A stretch of 64,000 bases of DNA, taken from the NCBI GenBank assembly GCA_964387685.1, contig CAYLXK010000024.1, positions 7,149 to 71,148 on the forward strand. The letters are read 5' to 3'. Below, one piece after another: positions 63,499 to 64,000 of this stretch (the stretch's first letter is position 1; each line of letters opens with the position of its first letter). The position numbers were made by a program, and so were the translations under genes. The DNA is from an uncultured Bryobacter sp. GTDB taxonomy: Bacteria > Acidobacteriota > Terriglobia > Bryobacterales > Bryobacteraceae. The notes below the pieces were generated by a model. It worked only from the letters and a program-made list of their open reading frames with translations. It did not search any database and was not told where the DNA came from.

Positions 63499-63690
63499 TT
63501 AACCCTCTTTGACGCCAAATTTCCGCAGAATGGTCGACATCAGACACCAATTCGTCAAACCGGATTGAAACAGGTTGAGCCCGACGAACGCGGTGAAAAG
63601 GTAGAAGTACGAGCTGACCCAGTAGCCTAGAGCGAGGCTGACCACTACGAACGCCCCCGCAATCACGTGCAGATATCGATCCACTGTCAT
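63499..63690 (-). CDS. DUF2892 (YgaP-like) small membrane protein
   Basis: 63 aa with two TM helices and a conserved GLTNWC-type motif ([10 protein letters not shown]). Confidence 0.6.
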   Translation of the reverse strand: MTVDRYLHVIAGAFVVVSLALGYWVSSYFYLFTAFVGLNLFQSGLTNWCLMSTILRKFGVKEG

Positions 63691-64000
63691 ACGAGTTTCC
63701 TTTCTTGGTTGAAGATGTAATACAGCACCGGTACCGCTATGCGTGAGAGAAGTAGAGATGCAATCTCGCCCGCCATTAAGGCGATAGCGAGACCCTGAAA
63801 GATGGGGTCGAACAGAATCACGGAAGAGCCGACAACAACGGCGGCGGCGGTCAGCATCATCGGGCGGAATCTCACAGCGCCGGCATCAATCACGGCCTCG
63901 TCGAGCGGCATGCCTTCGCTCAACCGTAACTCGATGAAATCGACCAGGATGATTGAATTTCGCACTACGATGCCCGCACCCGCGATGAAGCCGATCATCG
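63687..64000 (-). CDS. RND efflux permease (AcrB family), C-terminal fragment; gene continues beyond the window
   Basis: [20 protein letters not shown]...[16 protein letters not shown]...[12 protein letters not shown] is a typical TM10-12 region. The ORF is open to the window edge. Confidence 0.8.
   Translation of the reverse strand, partial: MIGFIAGAGIVVRNSIILVDFIELRLSEGMPLDEAVIDAGAVRFRPMMLTAAAVVVGSSVILFDPIFQGLAIALMAGEIASLLLSRIAVPVLYYIFNQERKLV

Overview
High-GC bacterial chromosomal window with about 57 protein-coding genes. I recognised no rRNA, tRNA, CRISPR array or transposase. Several families point to an Acidobacteriota-like soil bacterium, though this is inference only: a PEP-CTERM protein with a PrsT-like TPR lipoprotein, a VWA protein of the acidobacterial type, several Tat-signal Gfo/Idh/MocA oxidoreductases, DUF1080, and a lamin-tail-domain surface protein.

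Layout:
- 0-23 kb: mostly housekeeping and periplasmic sugar enzymes (scpA-scpB-rluB, aquaporin, S15 peptidase, cspA-type gene, tdk, rhomboid, GH3, mutM).
- 23-32 kb: the PEP-CTERM pair and a cyclic-nucleotide signalling trio (beta-propeller adenylate cyclase, MBL hydrolase, GAF-PP2C phosphatase).
- 35.2-53.4 kb: the standout block. It holds a group-1 [NiFe] uptake hydrogenase (hyaABCD-like, with the two extra proximal-cluster cysteines typical of O2-tolerant enzymes), a full hyp set (hypA, B, F, C, D, E) and a sigma-54 NtrC-type response regulator. Nested between these is a tightly coupled five-gene minus-strand operon: a monoheme cytochrome c, a membrane NapC/NirT-like multiheme cytochrome, an MtrC/OmcA-like decaheme, an MtrA/DmsE-like decaheme and an MtrB-like outer-membrane barrel. 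Together this reads as a complete H2-to-quinone and quinol-to-cell-surface electron path in one locus.
- 53.5-64 kb: a glycerophosphodiesterase, a bleomycin-resistance-like VOC gene bracketed by a duplicated 3' fragment of the neighbouring enolase-superfamily gene, an M19 dipeptidase, further oxidoreductases, an 830-bp ORF-poor stretch, and the 3' end of an RND permease running off the window.

All calls come from reading the supplied translations and sequence by eye. No database searches were run.
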